Under the pieces are notes generated by a model that saw nothing but the letters and a program-made list of their open reading frames with translations, was not told the DNA's origin and did no database searches. Below, piece by piece: positions 1 to 8,688 of a stretch of DNA of 58,786 bases. The translations under genes were made by a program, and so were the position numbers. Where the stretch lies: positions 1-58,786 of IMG/VR virus record IMGVR_UViG_3300033067_002133; one strand, 5' to 3'. Numbering within the stretch: the first letter of the stretch is position 1; every line of letters begins with the position of its first letter. The stretch comes from a virus. Lineage: Duplodnaviria > Caudoviricetes.

Positions 1-210
1 GGCTTAGAATGTGCTGCGGGGGAGAAGGGGGGGGGTGTGGTTTGGGGCGCGCTAAAATCCGGCGATTCGGACCTACCTTGCGGCGTGGTCGTCGTCGTCG
101 GATCGCTGCCAGGTCGCTGCCGGCTATCGTCGCGGCGGTAGGCCAAAAATCGGGTGCGGGGCTCGTGGCGTGGTTGTCGTCGTGTTGGCGGTCGTCTCGC
201 GTGTCATGGG

Positions 211-402
211 TTAGGGCTCCTTGTGGGTGGTTGTGGTAATGGGTGATGCGCTCACTTCGCGCGTGCCGCATTTAGGGCAGTAGATACTTGCTTCTCCGCT
301 GATGTTTGCGGCGTACGGTGACAATCGCACTTGCTGCGCCCATTGATGCTTACACCTAATGCACTCGCACTCTCGCACTCTTGTTGGCTCGTTGTCGTTC
401 AC
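211..402 (-). CDS. small Zn-ribbon hypothetical protein
   Basis: CxCxxC...CPKC; AGGAGCCC RBS upstream of GTG. Confidence 0.6.
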   Translation of the reverse strand: MNDNEPTRVRECECIRCKHQWAQQVRLSPYAANISGEASIYCPKCGTREVSASPITTTTHKEP

Positions 403-413
403 GGCGTGGGCTC

Positions 414-719
414 CTAGAATGTCGTGGTTGCGTCGATCAACACTTCTTGCAAGTCGTCCATTGCGTGAAAGTTCGCAGCGTATATGTCATTGGCGTGATC
501 TTCTGCGCTGTAGGCTTCCCAGTTGTCTGACGCCTGCTCTAGCGCATTGATGGCGTGATCGATGGTTATCGGTCGGCCAATGCCTGCCGTTGCGCGGTCG
601 ATCTTGGCGGTCAGTTCGTCTAACTGATACTGCATGGCGGCTACTGCTTTGCGGTGTCTTGCGTGTTCTAAGCGAAGATCAACAACTAGGGCTAGGATTG
701 CGTCGGTTGCGGTCGTCAT
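414..719 (-). CDS. hypothetical coiled-coil protein (start moved to ATG 719)
   Basis: AAGGAGCCCGAACGAC-ATG; longer ORF start overlaps the upstream gene. Confidence 0.65.
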   Translation of the reverse strand: MTTATDAILALVVDLRLEHARHRKAVAAMQYQLDELTAKIDRATAGIGRPITIDHAINALEQASDNWEAYSAEDHANDIYAANFHAMDDLQEVLIDATTTF

Positions 720-733
720 GTCGTTCGGGCTCC

Positions 734-952
734 TTATAGTCTCACTGGGCTGGAAATAAATACCGTCCATCCGCTCTCGGACAATTGCGGGTTGCAGTTG
801 GGATAATGCGATTTGACAAGCTGCAAAGCGGCGTCTTGCGCTTCCTTCAGCGTCCAACCTCTACCGATGCCGCATCTCGTGCCAACTGACATGACGTTGA
901 CAACTTCCACGGCGTAGGGCGGTTCTTGATCTGGTTTGCGTCGGCGTGCCAT
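734..952 (-). CDS. hypothetical protein
   Basis: AGGAGCCCGAACA-ATG, directly downstream of promoter motif 996-1024. Confidence 0.65.
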   Translation of the reverse strand: MARRRKPDQEPPYAVEVVNVMSVGTRCGIGRGWTLKEAQDAALQLVKSHYPNCNPQLSESGWTVFISSPVRL

Positions 953-995
953 TGTTCGGGCTCCTGGTTGGGTGTCGGATGTCTTCCACTGTAAC

Positions 996-1024
996 TATAT
1001 TGGCTAAAGCTTGTAATTGTCAAC
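996..1024 (-). promoter_or_regulatory. repeated promoter motif copy 1
   Basis: GTTGACA-attacaagctttag-CCAATATA on - strand. Confidence 0.8.
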
Positions 1025-1207
1025 AAAAGGCCAATATTGCAGGGTTTTTGCCGCTTTTCGCTGCGGTCGGAGCCCCTTTTCCAGAAACTGCCTGTTATTT
1101 AGGCAGCACTGCCTATTTTTTGGGCAATATCACATTCCTGTCGCCATTGATGCGGTTTTTGCTGTTTTCCTGCCGTTTCGCTCGGCCTGGTCGTTTTTCG
1201 CTCATGC

Positions 1208-1567
1208 TTAACTTTTCGGCACGTCTGCGGCTGTTGTCTTCTCAGATTGCCTATTTTGACAATCTGAGCGATTGATAATGTGGGTTAGGTCTTGTGCGGC
1301 GTCGGTGATTGCTTGTGCGAGTTCGGCGATTTGGCTGATTGTTTTCGTCTCGCGTGGTGTTGGTAGGTTGCTGAGCCAGTTGGCTATGCTGTTTTGTAAA
1401 TCGATCACTTCGGGGCTGTCTTTTGTTTGCCCTTTGTGAATGGTTCCGTTGTTGACTCGTGCCAGCAGTGCTGCGGTTAGTTGTCGTGCGATCAAGGCGT
1501 TTTGCTTGTCAAGTTCTTGCTTGATTGCCTGGTTGTCTGTTTGTTGGTTGTCTGGTGTCTGGTTCAT
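1208..1567 (-). CDS. hypothetical protein
   Basis: 119-aa ORF co-oriented with cluster. Confidence 0.55.
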   Translation of the reverse strand: MNQTPDNQQTDNQAIKQELDKQNALIARQLTAALLARVNNGTIHKGQTKDSPEVIDLQNSIANWLSNLPTPRETKTISQIAELAQAITDAAQDLTHIINRSDCQNRQSEKTTAADVPKS

Positions 1568-1692
1568 GTTCTGCAGCTAGCCCAGGGGGGGAATGCGGGC
1601 GGGGGCTGACGCCCCCTGCCCTGGTGTTGATGCTTGTTATCTCTCTCTTGCTGTCTGTACTGCCTTTGGTGTGTTCTATGGTGTTTTTGGTG

Positions 1693-1701
1693 CTATTTCA
1701 T
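1693..1701 (-). other. two-codon minigene ATG-AAA-TAG or nonsense-disrupted small gene
   Basis: AAGGAG RBS 9 nt upstream; the frame stays open past TAG to TGA at 1564-1566. Confidence 0.4.
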
Positions 1702-1744
1702 GGTTGGGGGCTCCTTGTGTGGGTTTGGTGGTTTTCCGGTCGTC

Positions 1745-1787
1745 ACAATGCCGCGCCGGTTCTCCTTGTCGGCGCGGGGTTGTTGCG
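1745..1787 (-). repeat. conserved intergenic GC hairpin, copy 1
   Basis: CCGCGCCG-N11-CGGCGCGG followed by CATTGT on - strand. Confidence 0.7.
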
Positions 1788-1794
1788 ACTGGGT

Positions 1795-2340
1795 TTAGTA
1801 CTGTTCCAAAATTGCCGCCAGTTTCTCGATTTGCTGCATGTTAAACACCTTGGCCATCTGATCGCTGGTTTCCTGGCAAGCTCGATAGATCGCTTCTGCC
1901 TTACGGCTGTCGGTGTCATACCCAAACTCATCCGCCCAGCTTTTGAATGTTTGAGATCCTGCCCGGGCGTCCATAATCAGGCACGATAGGACGGCTGCGG
2001 CTGCCGGCTTCTTCCCTCCGGTCCCTTTCTCTACGTCCATTGCTAGGCGGAGCGTTTCAAGTCGTCTGTCGTGCCAATCTTTGATGTTGTTGAGCCGATT
2101 ATATTTCGGGTGATGTGCGACGCCTTGCCAGAAATCGGTTTCCATTGCGGCGCCTTGATTCGGCTGGGTCATCTTTCGGAATCCTACCTTCCAAGCGATT
2201 TGCCAGTTCTTCGTTTCCTCGTCTTGCTTGCCAGGTACTTGGCGGGCTCCGTATTCGATACCCCAATCTCGCAGGCACTCATCAACGGCCGATTCTCGCT
2301 GTTGGGTCGTCATTTCGTCATAGTTGGCGGTTTCGTCCAT
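1795..2340 (-). CDS. conserved phage hypothetical protein (start moved to ATG 2340)
   Basis: GGAG RBS; C-terminal motif TFKSWADEFGYDTDSRKAEAIYRAC typical of a phage family. Confidence 0.75.
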   Translation of the reverse strand: MDETANYDEMTTQQRESAVDECLRDWGIEYGARQVPGKQDEETKNWQIAWKVGFRKMTQPNQGAAMETDFWQGVAHHPKYNRLNNIKDWHDRRLETLRLAMDVEKGTGGKKPAAAAVLSCLIMDARAGSQTFKSWADEFGYDTDSRKAEAIYRACQETSDQMAKVFNMQQIEKLAAILEQY

Positions 2341-2416
2341 CGTTTTTCTCCGTGTTTTTGGGGTTCTGTTAAACTGGGGTATTTTCATCCCATTTTTTGG
2401 GACGTTTTCAGGGCAA

Positions 2417-2455
2417 ACAATGCGGCGCGGGTTGTGAGTGCCGCGCCGGGTTGCG
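2417..2455 (-). repeat. conserved intergenic GC hairpin, copy 2
   Basis: CGCAACC-CGGCGCGG-N10-CCGCGCCG-CATTGT on - strand. Confidence 0.7.
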
Positions 2456-2459
2456 TGTC

Positions 2460-2684
2460 CTACTTCGGTCCGGTCCATGTGATTAGGTGGCTACCGTCAA
2501 CCTTGATCAATTGGGCTCGCGTTAGCATGCCTAAAACCTGGTTGTACTGGTCAAGGGTCATAAAGGCCATCACGGAATTGGAGTAAAGATGCCCGCTCGG
2601 TACGGTTCCGAGGGCTCGGATCGCGTCGGCGATTGCTCGGATCGCTTGGATTGCGGCTTGTTTTTGTGCTGGGGTTGCGTTCAC
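2460..2684 (-). CDS. small hypothetical protein, possible winged helix (start moved to GTG 2684)
   Basis: ATG 2741 lies inside the promoter motif; GGAGAAAGAAGCA-GTG is in frame. Confidence 0.6.
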   Translation of the reverse strand: MNATPAQKQAAIQAIRAIADAIRALGTVPSGHLYSNSVMAFMTLDQYNQVLGMLTRAQLIKVDGSHLITWTGPK

Positions 2685-2729
2685 TGCTTCTTTCTCCGTG
2701 TTTGTTGTTGTCGTCTCGGTCACTGTCTT

Positions 2730-2758
2730 TATATTGGCCATAACTTTTATTTGTCAAC
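2730..2758 (-). promoter_or_regulatory. repeated promoter motif copy 2
   Basis: GTTGACA-N14-CCAATATA. Confidence 0.8.
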
Positions 2759-3068
2759 AGTCAGCCGTTTCGCCATTGGTTGCCGTCTGGGTTGCCGTCA
2801 AGCTGCCTGGTTTGTCTACTTCGGTCCACGGCGCGAACGGGTCAATCCCGCTGGCCATTACTGGGCTCGCGCTTCGCCATCGTCCGTCGATCGTTTTGGC
2901 TGCGATCACTCTCCACTGGTTATCCTCCCACTGGGCCACGGCGCTATCGGTGGCGTTGCGCGCGTATCGCTGGTGGCGATATCCGTTGTGCCTGATTAAG
3001 TCGGTCGCGGTCGTTTCTGGTGTCGGGTCAATCATTGTTTCGGGCTCCGTGTTGTTTGTTTTTGCCAT
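2754..3068 (-). CDS. hypothetical protein
   Basis: 104-aa ORF; an internal ATG with GGAGCCC RBS may be the true start. Confidence 0.55.
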   Translation of the reverse strand: MAKTNNTEPETMIDPTPETTATDLIRHNGYRHQRYARNATDSAVAQWEDNQWRVIAAKTIDGRWRSASPVMASGIDPFAPWTEVDKPGSLTATQTATNGETADC

Positions 3069-3223
3069 TGGTTAATCCATAGGGCCGAATAAAACGGTTT
3101 ATGGTCCTTGTAAAGCAATCGCGTTACATTCCCTCCCGTCCATGTTTCGATCTGTCCGCTGCCGTCCACCATTGCGAAACAATACCAATCTTCGCCCATC
3201 AAATCGGGCATCTTTTCTGAATG

Positions 3224-3406
3224 CTAAATTGCCGCTCCGCCTTCATTGCTTAACCGGAATAACCAGCGCTCAAGCCGCTGCCGTGATCTGGTAACGGTTG
3301 GTGTTTGCTCCATGTTACGGCGCGCCATTACTCGACGGCGAATGTCTTCGACAATGGATTGCTTACGCCTCTCGCGTCGTTCCGTTGTTCGTTTTTTAGT
3401 TTTCAT
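3224..3406 (-). CDS. small Arg/Lys-rich protein (start moved to ATG 3406)
   Basis: GGAG RBS; the track start lies inside promoter copy 3. Confidence 0.6.
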   Translation of the reverse strand: MKTKKRTTERRERRKQSIVEDIRRRVMARRNMEQTPTVTRSRQRLERWLFRLSNEGGAAI

Positions 3407-3450
3407 GTTCGTTCGGACTCCGGTTTGCGTTGTTGTTCTCAACTCGATCC

Positions 3451-3479
3451 TATATTGGTTTAATCCGTTTGCTGTCAAC
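3451..3479 (-). promoter_or_regulatory. repeated promoter motif copy 3
   Basis: GTTGACA-N14-CCAATATA. Confidence 0.8.
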
Positions 3480-3498
3480 GTGGCGATTTCGCCATTGA

Positions 3499-3747
3499 TT
3501 ACTGGATGCCGATTTCCTTATCAAAAGCTTTCGCGTCTTCGATTGCGTGTCTTAGCTTCTGCTCGATGCTGTCTTCGTGCGGGTCCATCATTTGGGTCAA
3601 GTCGTCTTTGATGTCGTCGATTGTGCCTATGATGTCGTGATCGTGTCCGCTGCATAGTTCGGCCACTTCCGCCAAGCGTTCCTGAATTCGGTCAATGCTC
3701 GCGCGCAGGTCGTCGCGGATTTCGGTAATCATGTCTTGCGCTTTCAT
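3499..3747 (-). CDS. acidic helical hypothetical protein
   Basis: AAGGAG RBS, 82 aa. Confidence 0.7.
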   Translation of the reverse strand: MKAQDMITEIRDDLRASIDRIQERLAEVAELCSGHDHDIIGTIDDIKDDLTQMMDPHEDSIEQKLRHAIEDAKAFDKEIGIQ

Positions 3748-3785
3748 CGTCGTTTTCTCCTTGTTCTGTTTGTTTCTAAGTCCTC

Positions 3786-3824
3786 ACAATGCGGCGCGGG
3801 GTTCCAATGCCGCGCCGGGTTGCG
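3786..3824 (-). repeat. conserved intergenic GC hairpin, copy 3
   Basis: CGCAACC-CGGCGCGG-N10-CCGCGCCG-CATTGT on - strand. Confidence 0.7.
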
Positions 3825-3832
3825 GTGACTCT

Positions 3833-4096
3833 TTAGACTTCAGCCAGGTTAAGATTGTCGCGCAGTGCGATTGCAAGTCTTGCGTTCATCGCCTCTAAAC
3901 TTACTCGCTTTTTGTGGTCGGGCTCGATCTTGTTTAGGTGCTTTCCGGTCGTCGGTCCCCATTGGTTTTCGACTACCGTATAGCCTTTACCGGCAACGTG
4001 GAATCCTACGGCCGTTTCGTAGCTAAAATAGATCGTTACGTCTCCCATTTCCACGGATGTAAAGTTCGGCGCGATTTGCTTTAGTTTTACTGACAT
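3833..4096 (-). CDS. conserved small phage protein
   Basis: YFSYETxV...TTGKHLN motif common in phage early proteins. Confidence 0.75.
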   Translation of the reverse strand: MSVKLKQIAPNFTSVEMGDVTIYFSYETAVGFHVAGKGYTVVENQWGPTTGKHLNKIEPDHKKRVSLEAMNARLAIALRDNLNLAEV

Positions 4097-4141
4097 TGTT
4101 TTGCTCTCGTGTTAGTTGTTGTTGTCACTCGTTCACGCTTC

Positions 4142-4170
4142 TATATTGGTTTTATCTGCTACCTGTCCAC
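4142..4170 (-). promoter_or_regulatory. repeated promoter motif copy 4
   Basis: GTGGACA-N14-CCAATATA (1 mismatch). Confidence 0.75.
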
Positions 4171-4358
4171 GCTTTTATTTTTCGCTGTTGATTCACGATT
4201 TCGCGCTCAAGCTCGTCGATCTTGGCGGTTAGCCGATCAATTTCGGCATAGGCTTCGTTTGCTGCGCCTTTCCATAGTCCGGCCATAATGTAGGGCCGGT
4301 CGCGCGGTTGTTCGTTTCTTACGATCTGCTGGGCTTCGTCGTCTGTGAGTCGTTTCAT
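4152..4358 (-). CDS. small coiled-coil hypothetical protein (start moved to ATG 4358)
   Basis: AGGAGCCC-ATG. Confidence 0.6.
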   Translation of the reverse strand: MKRLTDDEAQQIVRNEQPRDRPYIMAGLWKGAANEAYAEIDRLTAKIDELEREIVNQQRKIKAWTGSR

Positions 4359-4377
4359 GGGCTCCTGTCCTTTGCTG

Positions 4378-4806
4378 TTAGTTTCCGCTGGCCATAATCC
4401 GCTGACACTCTGGGCCGATACCGCTATCAATCGATTCGGGTACTGTCAAGGTTCGACCGCAACGGCCACAACGGCCCTCGTGATGGATCGAATAACCTTC
4501 GGGCAATTGTCCGAATCTTTCAAGCTGGTTGATTGCCCAATTAATTACCTTCACCGGCAAGCTGTCCGCGCTCATCCGGCTGGCGCGGGTTGTGATTACC
4601 CTGTTCCCCTCGACCAACATACCCAAATAGGTGTAGTCGATTTCGTTATCTGCGCCGGTCAACAACGAAACAAACGTCGATTCGCGGTCATATCCGTGGG
4701 TCATTTTTGATCGCTTCACTTTGTAGGTATATCGCACTCCCGCGCTGTTGCTGATTGTGAAAGTCGCGTTACCAGCCAAAATAAAATCAAGGTTAATCAT
4801 TGTCAT
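4378..4806 (-). CDS. DUF6011-like Zn-finger protein
   Basis: C-terminal CGRCGRTLTVPESIDSGIGPEC. Confidence 0.75.
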   Translation of the reverse strand: MTMINLDFILAGNATFTISNSAGVRYTYKVKRSKMTHGYDRESTFVSLLTGADNEIDYTYLGMLVEGNRVITTRASRMSADSLPVKVINWAINQLERFGQLPEGYSIHHEGRCGRCGRTLTVPESIDSGIGPECQRIMASGN

Positions 4807-4820
4807 TGTCTCCTTGCTTG

Positions 4821-4849
4821 TATATTGGTTTTATCTTGTGCGTGTCAAC
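4821..4849 (-). promoter_or_regulatory. repeated promoter motif copy 5
   Basis: GTTGACA-N14-CCAATATA. Confidence 0.8.
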
Positions 4850-4862
4850 GCGATAATTGCCG

Positions 4863-5192
4863 CTATTCCATTCCGAGAAACATCGTTTTCAAATACTTGG
4901 CAATTATCTTGTTCACCTTTTGCATGTCGTCCACCGTCAAGCTCCACGCTTCGACGTCTCCGTGCAGCCACAATCCGTATTGCTGGTCCCTTGCGATCAA
5001 GGTGGTCAAGTAGTACCTACTGACGAATTGACCGCGCTCGGTATGCATATGGCGCTGATCGTAAAATTCAACAAGCGGGTCCATTTTGTCGTGAGTCAGG
5101 CAATCATTTAAGCCGTATCTGTCGCCGTGGTCAACAATGCGAATTGTCCAATTGATTCCACGGCTGGATTTAATCGTTTCGGTGTGTGCCAT
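4863..5192 (-). CDS. conserved phage hypothetical protein
   Basis: GDRYG..DCLTH..PLVEFYD..GQFVSRYY motif; AAGGA RBS. Confidence 0.75.
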   Translation of the reverse strand: MAHTETIKSSRGINWTIRIVDHGDRYGLNDCLTHDKMDPLVEFYDQRHMHTERGQFVSRYYLTTLIARDQQYGLWLHGDVEAWSLTVDDMQKVNKIIAKYLKTMFLGME

Positions 5193-5209
5193 TGGCCTGG
5201 TTTCCTTGT

Positions 5210-5554
5210 TTAGTGTTTGTCGTTTGCGATTGCGAGAATTTGACGGTTTAATGCTGTGAGTTGCTCAACGCTTGGCAATTGTGATTCGAGCCGGTTGGCT
5301 CGGTCGATCACTGCCCGATAGTCTCGTGTGATTCGATCAAGCTCGGCGCGCTTTGCTTTGATCTGCTCGGTCAGGTCTTTGATGTCGGCCATCATTCTGG
5401 CCGTTCGTCCGTGGAAGTCAGTAAAGCAAAGATCGTTTCGGATTGCGTCAACGATTGCAACCCGCTCGGTCGTCAAGATATCTTTGAGATATCCGTCACT
5501 TAGGCCGCTAATAATCGAATCAAGTTTGGCGATTTCGTCTTGCTTTTCACTCAC
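5210..5554 (-). CDS. coiled-coil hypothetical protein
   Basis: AAGGA RBS, GTG start. Confidence 0.7.
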   Translation of the reverse strand: MSEKQDEIAKLDSIISGLSDGYLKDILTTERVAIVDAIRNDLCFTDFHGRTARMMADIKDLTEQIKAKRAELDRITRDYRAVIDRANRLESQLPSVEQLTALNRQILAIANDKH

Positions 5555-5593
5555 TGCCGTTATCCTTGTGTTAGTTGTTAATCATCACACAAC

Positions 5594-5622
5594 CATATTG
5601 GTTTTAACTTGTGACTGTAAAC
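5594..5622 (-). promoter_or_regulatory. repeated promoter motif copy 6
   Basis: GTTTACA-N14-CCAATATG (2 mismatches). Confidence 0.7.
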
Positions 5623-5624
5623 AT

Positions 5625-5658
5625 AAAAACGGAGCGCCAATTTCCCTATTGGCGCTCC
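5625..5658 (-). terminator. intrinsic terminator
   Basis: GGAGCGCCAAT/ATTGGCGCTCC stem followed by GTTTTT on - strand. Confidence 0.8.
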
Positions 5659-5671
5659 CGTCCGTGTTTCG

Positions 5672-6166
5672 TTACAGTCCTGGGTCGGCGTCACTGTGAC
5701 AATCTTCATAATCAAGGCTATTCCAGCCGTATGGCTGATTTATAAGCTGTTCGCGCTTGATCTTTTGTTTCCACTTCCGCGACTCCCATGCCTCGGCGAT
5801 TGTCTTTCGGATTAAGTCCTCAAGGCGTCCATGCTGTTGCGCCTCTAAGTGAACATCTCGCACCCAATTGCTGGGTATCGATTTTTCTTCCCTGCTTCTG
5901 GTGGTAAATACCATCGGCTCCGCGCTACCTTTTGCTTTGATCGCTTCCGCGAACCATTGCACGCTGTCAACGCTGCACTGGAGCCGGTTCATATTGCACC
6001 TGATTAACATCTGAATGTGAGGATCAATTGCAATCATTTGGTCGATGTCTTTTGTTAGTACCTGACCGCATTGCTGGCGAATAATGCGGCGTAAAAACTG
6101 GCGATTTTTCCGATTTCGAATTGTCTGTTTGATCTTTGCCGTGTTGATAATCAACTGGAACGTCAT
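5672..6166 (-). CDS. hypothetical protein
   Basis: GAGGAG RBS, 164 aa. Confidence 0.7.
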   Translation of the reverse strand: MTFQLIINTAKIKQTIRNRKNRQFLRRIIRQQCGQVLTKDIDQMIAIDPHIQMLIRCNMNRLQCSVDSVQWFAEAIKAKGSAEPMVFTTRSREEKSIPSNWVRDVHLEAQQHGRLEDLIRKTIAEAWESRKWKQKIKREQLINQPYGWNSLDYEDCHSDADPGL

Positions 6167-6217
6167 TTGTATCGTCTCCTCGTGTTTGTGTTGCTACTGG
6201 TAACAATCGGTTATTCG

Positions 6218-6670
6218 TTATTTTGTCGGAATGTTAAATCTGAGAATATCTTCGAATTCAAGCTCGCTATTACATTCCTCGCACCAATACTCGCAATTAT
6301 CAAACAACGATATGCTCGCCTCGTCGTCTGGGTCGGTGGCTCCTGATGCCAACAATGACGTGGTCGCTCTTGCGTCGTGCAATTTGAGAACTCCTCCGCG
6401 CTGCTTGCAAACTGGGCAAGCCGCCTGCTGATGACGATCTGAATGCTGCTTGTCATAATCCTCTGCGTGTCTTGATGTCATACCCCACTTCTTTGGAATA
6501 TCTTGCTTGTAACTGCGTAGTCGATTGACAAGAAATTCGAAACATTCTTCGATTGGATGGCCAACGCCTGCGCATTGGTGGCGGATTTGATACAACTCGT
6601 CAATCGTTTTCTGCACTGCCTCAGTTAGTTTTACCTGTACTTGCTTGATTGATTCCGCTGCGCTGAACAT
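6218..6670 (-). CDS. Zn-ribbon-containing hypothetical protein
   Basis: CPVC...CEEC; GAGGA RBS. Confidence 0.7.
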   Translation of the reverse strand: MFSAAESIKQVQVKLTEAVQKTIDELYQIRHQCAGVGHPIEECFEFLVNRLRSYKQDIPKKWGMTSRHAEDYDKQHSDRHQQAACPVCKQRGGVLKLHDARATTSLLASGATDPDDEASISLFDNCEYWCEECNSELEFEDILRFNIPTK

Positions 6671-6715
6671 GGTCGTTGTCCTCGTGGTTGTTGTGGTTGT
6701 TCTCGTGCCTACTGA

Positions 6716-7222
6716 TCAATATTCAATCGAATCTTTTGCTTCTTTGATCAATGTTTTGATTGCCTCGATTTTAACTTTGATGTCGTCAACCATTTCTTCG
6801 TGCTGATCGATTTCCTTTTGATGGTCGTCTCTCGATGCAAGCTCAATGTTTTCATCATCAAGCTGTTCCTGTAGCTCGCTAATAAAATCCTTCACTCCGT
6901 CGAGTTCGATTTCCAGTTCCGCGATTTCGGCGTCGCACTCGTCAATGTACTCGTCAAGCAAGTCCATCAACTCCTTTTCGGGGTAGATCTCGTTTTCGAA
7001 ACGCTTGTAGCCCGAATCCACTAAATAATCGTCGTGTTCCGAAACTCCGATATGATAATCGGTAGGGCTCATTTCCTTCAGCACTCGCGCCGGTTCCATA
7101 CTCGCAAACGGCCCTCCAACGTCTTTGAACGAATAGATTTCGTTCATTGATTCGTCGAAACTTTTCTCAACGTCCACTGCTTCAATGCTTTGATCGCTCA
7201 TCCAGTCGGTAAACTTTTGCAT
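6716..7222 (-). CDS. highly acidic protein, possible DNA mimic
   Basis: about 50 Asp/Glu vs about 16 Lys/Arg in 168 aa (hand count); GGAG RBS. Confidence 0.7.
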   Translation of the reverse strand: MQKFTDWMSDQSIEAVDVEKSFDESMNEIYSFKDVGGPFASMEPARVLKEMSPTDYHIGVSEHDDYLVDSGYKRFENEIYPEKELMDLLDEYIDECDAEIAELEIELDGVKDFISELQEQLDDENIELASRDDHQKEIDQHEEMVDDIKVKIEAIKTLIKEAKDSIEY

Positions 7223-7262
7223 GGTATTTCTCCGGTTGTGTTGTTGTTTCGGTCACTGGTTG

Positions 7263-7291
7263 TATATTGGCTATACCCTGTCAATGTCAAC
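7263..7291 (-). promoter_or_regulatory. repeated promoter motif copy 7
   Basis: GTTGACA-N14-CCAATATA. Confidence 0.8.
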
Positions 7292-7745
7292 AAGTAAAAT
7301 CGACCGCTATTCCTGGGTTGTGGACTGTAGTGAGTCGCTCATCATCCAGTGTTTTCCAGCCGTAACATTGATCGCTGCCTAGTTCGGCTTTCACTTCCGC
7401 CATTGCAAGCTCTCGCAATAGATCGCCTCGTGCGTGGATTTTCATCTCTCGGTGGAATCGGAATCGCTCGTCGTCAATGTAGATATGGTAGTTCAATTTC
7501 AGATTGCCGTCATTGTAAAGTGTTGCGCCGTCAAATACTCGGCTCTCTACAATGCGGTGCGTTACCGATTTGATTTCTTGCTCGATCACTGCAAGATTGC
7601 AGTGCCACAATCGTTTTTTGTCAAATACAACTTCGGATAGATACGGCCTGGTCACAATCGTTGTGGTGGCCTTCATCACTTCAATCGTTACGTCGATGCC
7701 CTGCTTCTCGGCCTCTGTCAATGCTTTGATGATTTTCGTGTTCAC
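7287..7745 (-). CDS. hypothetical protein
   Basis: GGAG RBS, GTG start. Confidence 0.65.
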   Translation of the reverse strand: MNTKIIKALTEAEKQGIDVTIEVMKATTTIVTRPYLSEVVFDKKRLWHCNLAVIEQEIKSVTHRIVESRVFDGATLYNDGNLKLNYHIYIDDERFRFHREMKIHARGDLLRELAMAEVKAELGSDQCYGWKTLDDERLTTVHNPGIAVDFTC

Positions 7746-7782
7746 TTAATCGTCTCCGGTTTGTTGGTGGTGTCTGCTTGTG

Positions 7783-8319
7783 TTAACTTTTCTTGCTGGA
7801 TGTCAACGACTGTTTTGGGAATCGCTTGGCCATCATCTTGAGAATTTTCAGCTTTCCCGCTGTCCCTGCGTTTTTCATGTACCAAGCTAGTTGATCGGCG
7901 GCGGTTTCCCCTCGTTCCGCTCTTGATTCAACTTGATGCGGCGCTGCCGCCATTGCGTCAACGTCAATCGATTCGAACAACGATTTAATTTGCCGCTGCT
8001 CTCGCTCGTGTCTTAGTTCCGTTTCGTGTTTGCGTCGATCTCGATCAATTGCTGCCTTGATCGGACAACGCTTCTCGTTGTCGCTTCGGTAGATACGATT
8101 GATACAATCACTACCCACTTTGAATCTCTTTCCGTCCGCGCTCTTGACCCAGAATTCAAACATGATGCCATTGCAGCAATAGTCGCAACTTCCACCTGGC
8201 TGGTGTGGCGCTCCAGGATGTGAGATATAAACATTCTTCGTCATGCCGTCATATTTGAATGGTGCAACACCGAATCCTGCTCGCTCAAACGGATGTAGTT
8301 CGTGTTTTGCAAGTCCCAT
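7783..8319 (-). CDS. Zn-binding conserved phage protein
   Basis: CDYC...FKVGSDCI; abuts the upstream stop. Confidence 0.7.
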   Translation of the reverse strand: MGLAKHELHPFERAGFGVAPFKYDGMTKNVYISHPGAPHQPGGSCDYCCNGIMFEFWVKSADGKRFKVGSDCINRIYRSDNEKRCPIKAAIDRDRRKHETELRHEREQRQIKSLFESIDVDAMAAAPHQVESRAERGETAADQLAWYMKNAGTAGKLKILKMMAKRFPKQSLTSSKKS

Positions 8320-8688
8320 TTACGTTACCGTCACTTTCCAATCGGTTAGTTTCAATGCCTCTGCCAGTTTTTCGAGAACCGTTCTCGATGTCAACTTTTC
8401 TGGGAACGGATCGGTCGTTTTAACTCCTGCCTGATGCAGAGACTCGATCAAGCTTTCGGTTAGCTTTCGCTCCCCGTATGCAGTGCCAACGCCTCGCCGG
8501 CGAATGCCTCGATAGTCGATCTCCAGCATCGACGTTCGTTTAGTTCCGCTTTTGTTGGCCTTCTCAATAATCTGAGCGGCCGGTTTTAGTTCACCGCCAT
8601 CATAATAAAGCAATGTGGTGATCTTCATGCCAAAGTAGGCAATACCAACCGGCCGCTCTGACCAGCAATCTTCAATTTCAAGCTTCAA
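8320..8688 (-). CDS. hypothetical protein
   Basis: fills the gap between coupled genes; GGAG RBS, TTG start. Confidence 0.6.
   Translation of the reverse strand: MKLEIEDCWSERPVGIAYFGMKITTLLYYDGGELKPAAQIIEKANKSGTKRTSMLEIDYRGIRRRGVGTAYGERKLTESLIESLHQAGVKTTDPFPEKLTSRTVLEKLAEALKLTDWKVTVT

Noticed and set aside
1693-1695. Genome-wide TAG recoding
   Set aside because: TAG ends normal-length genes (terL, portal) and coding density is high under the standard code.
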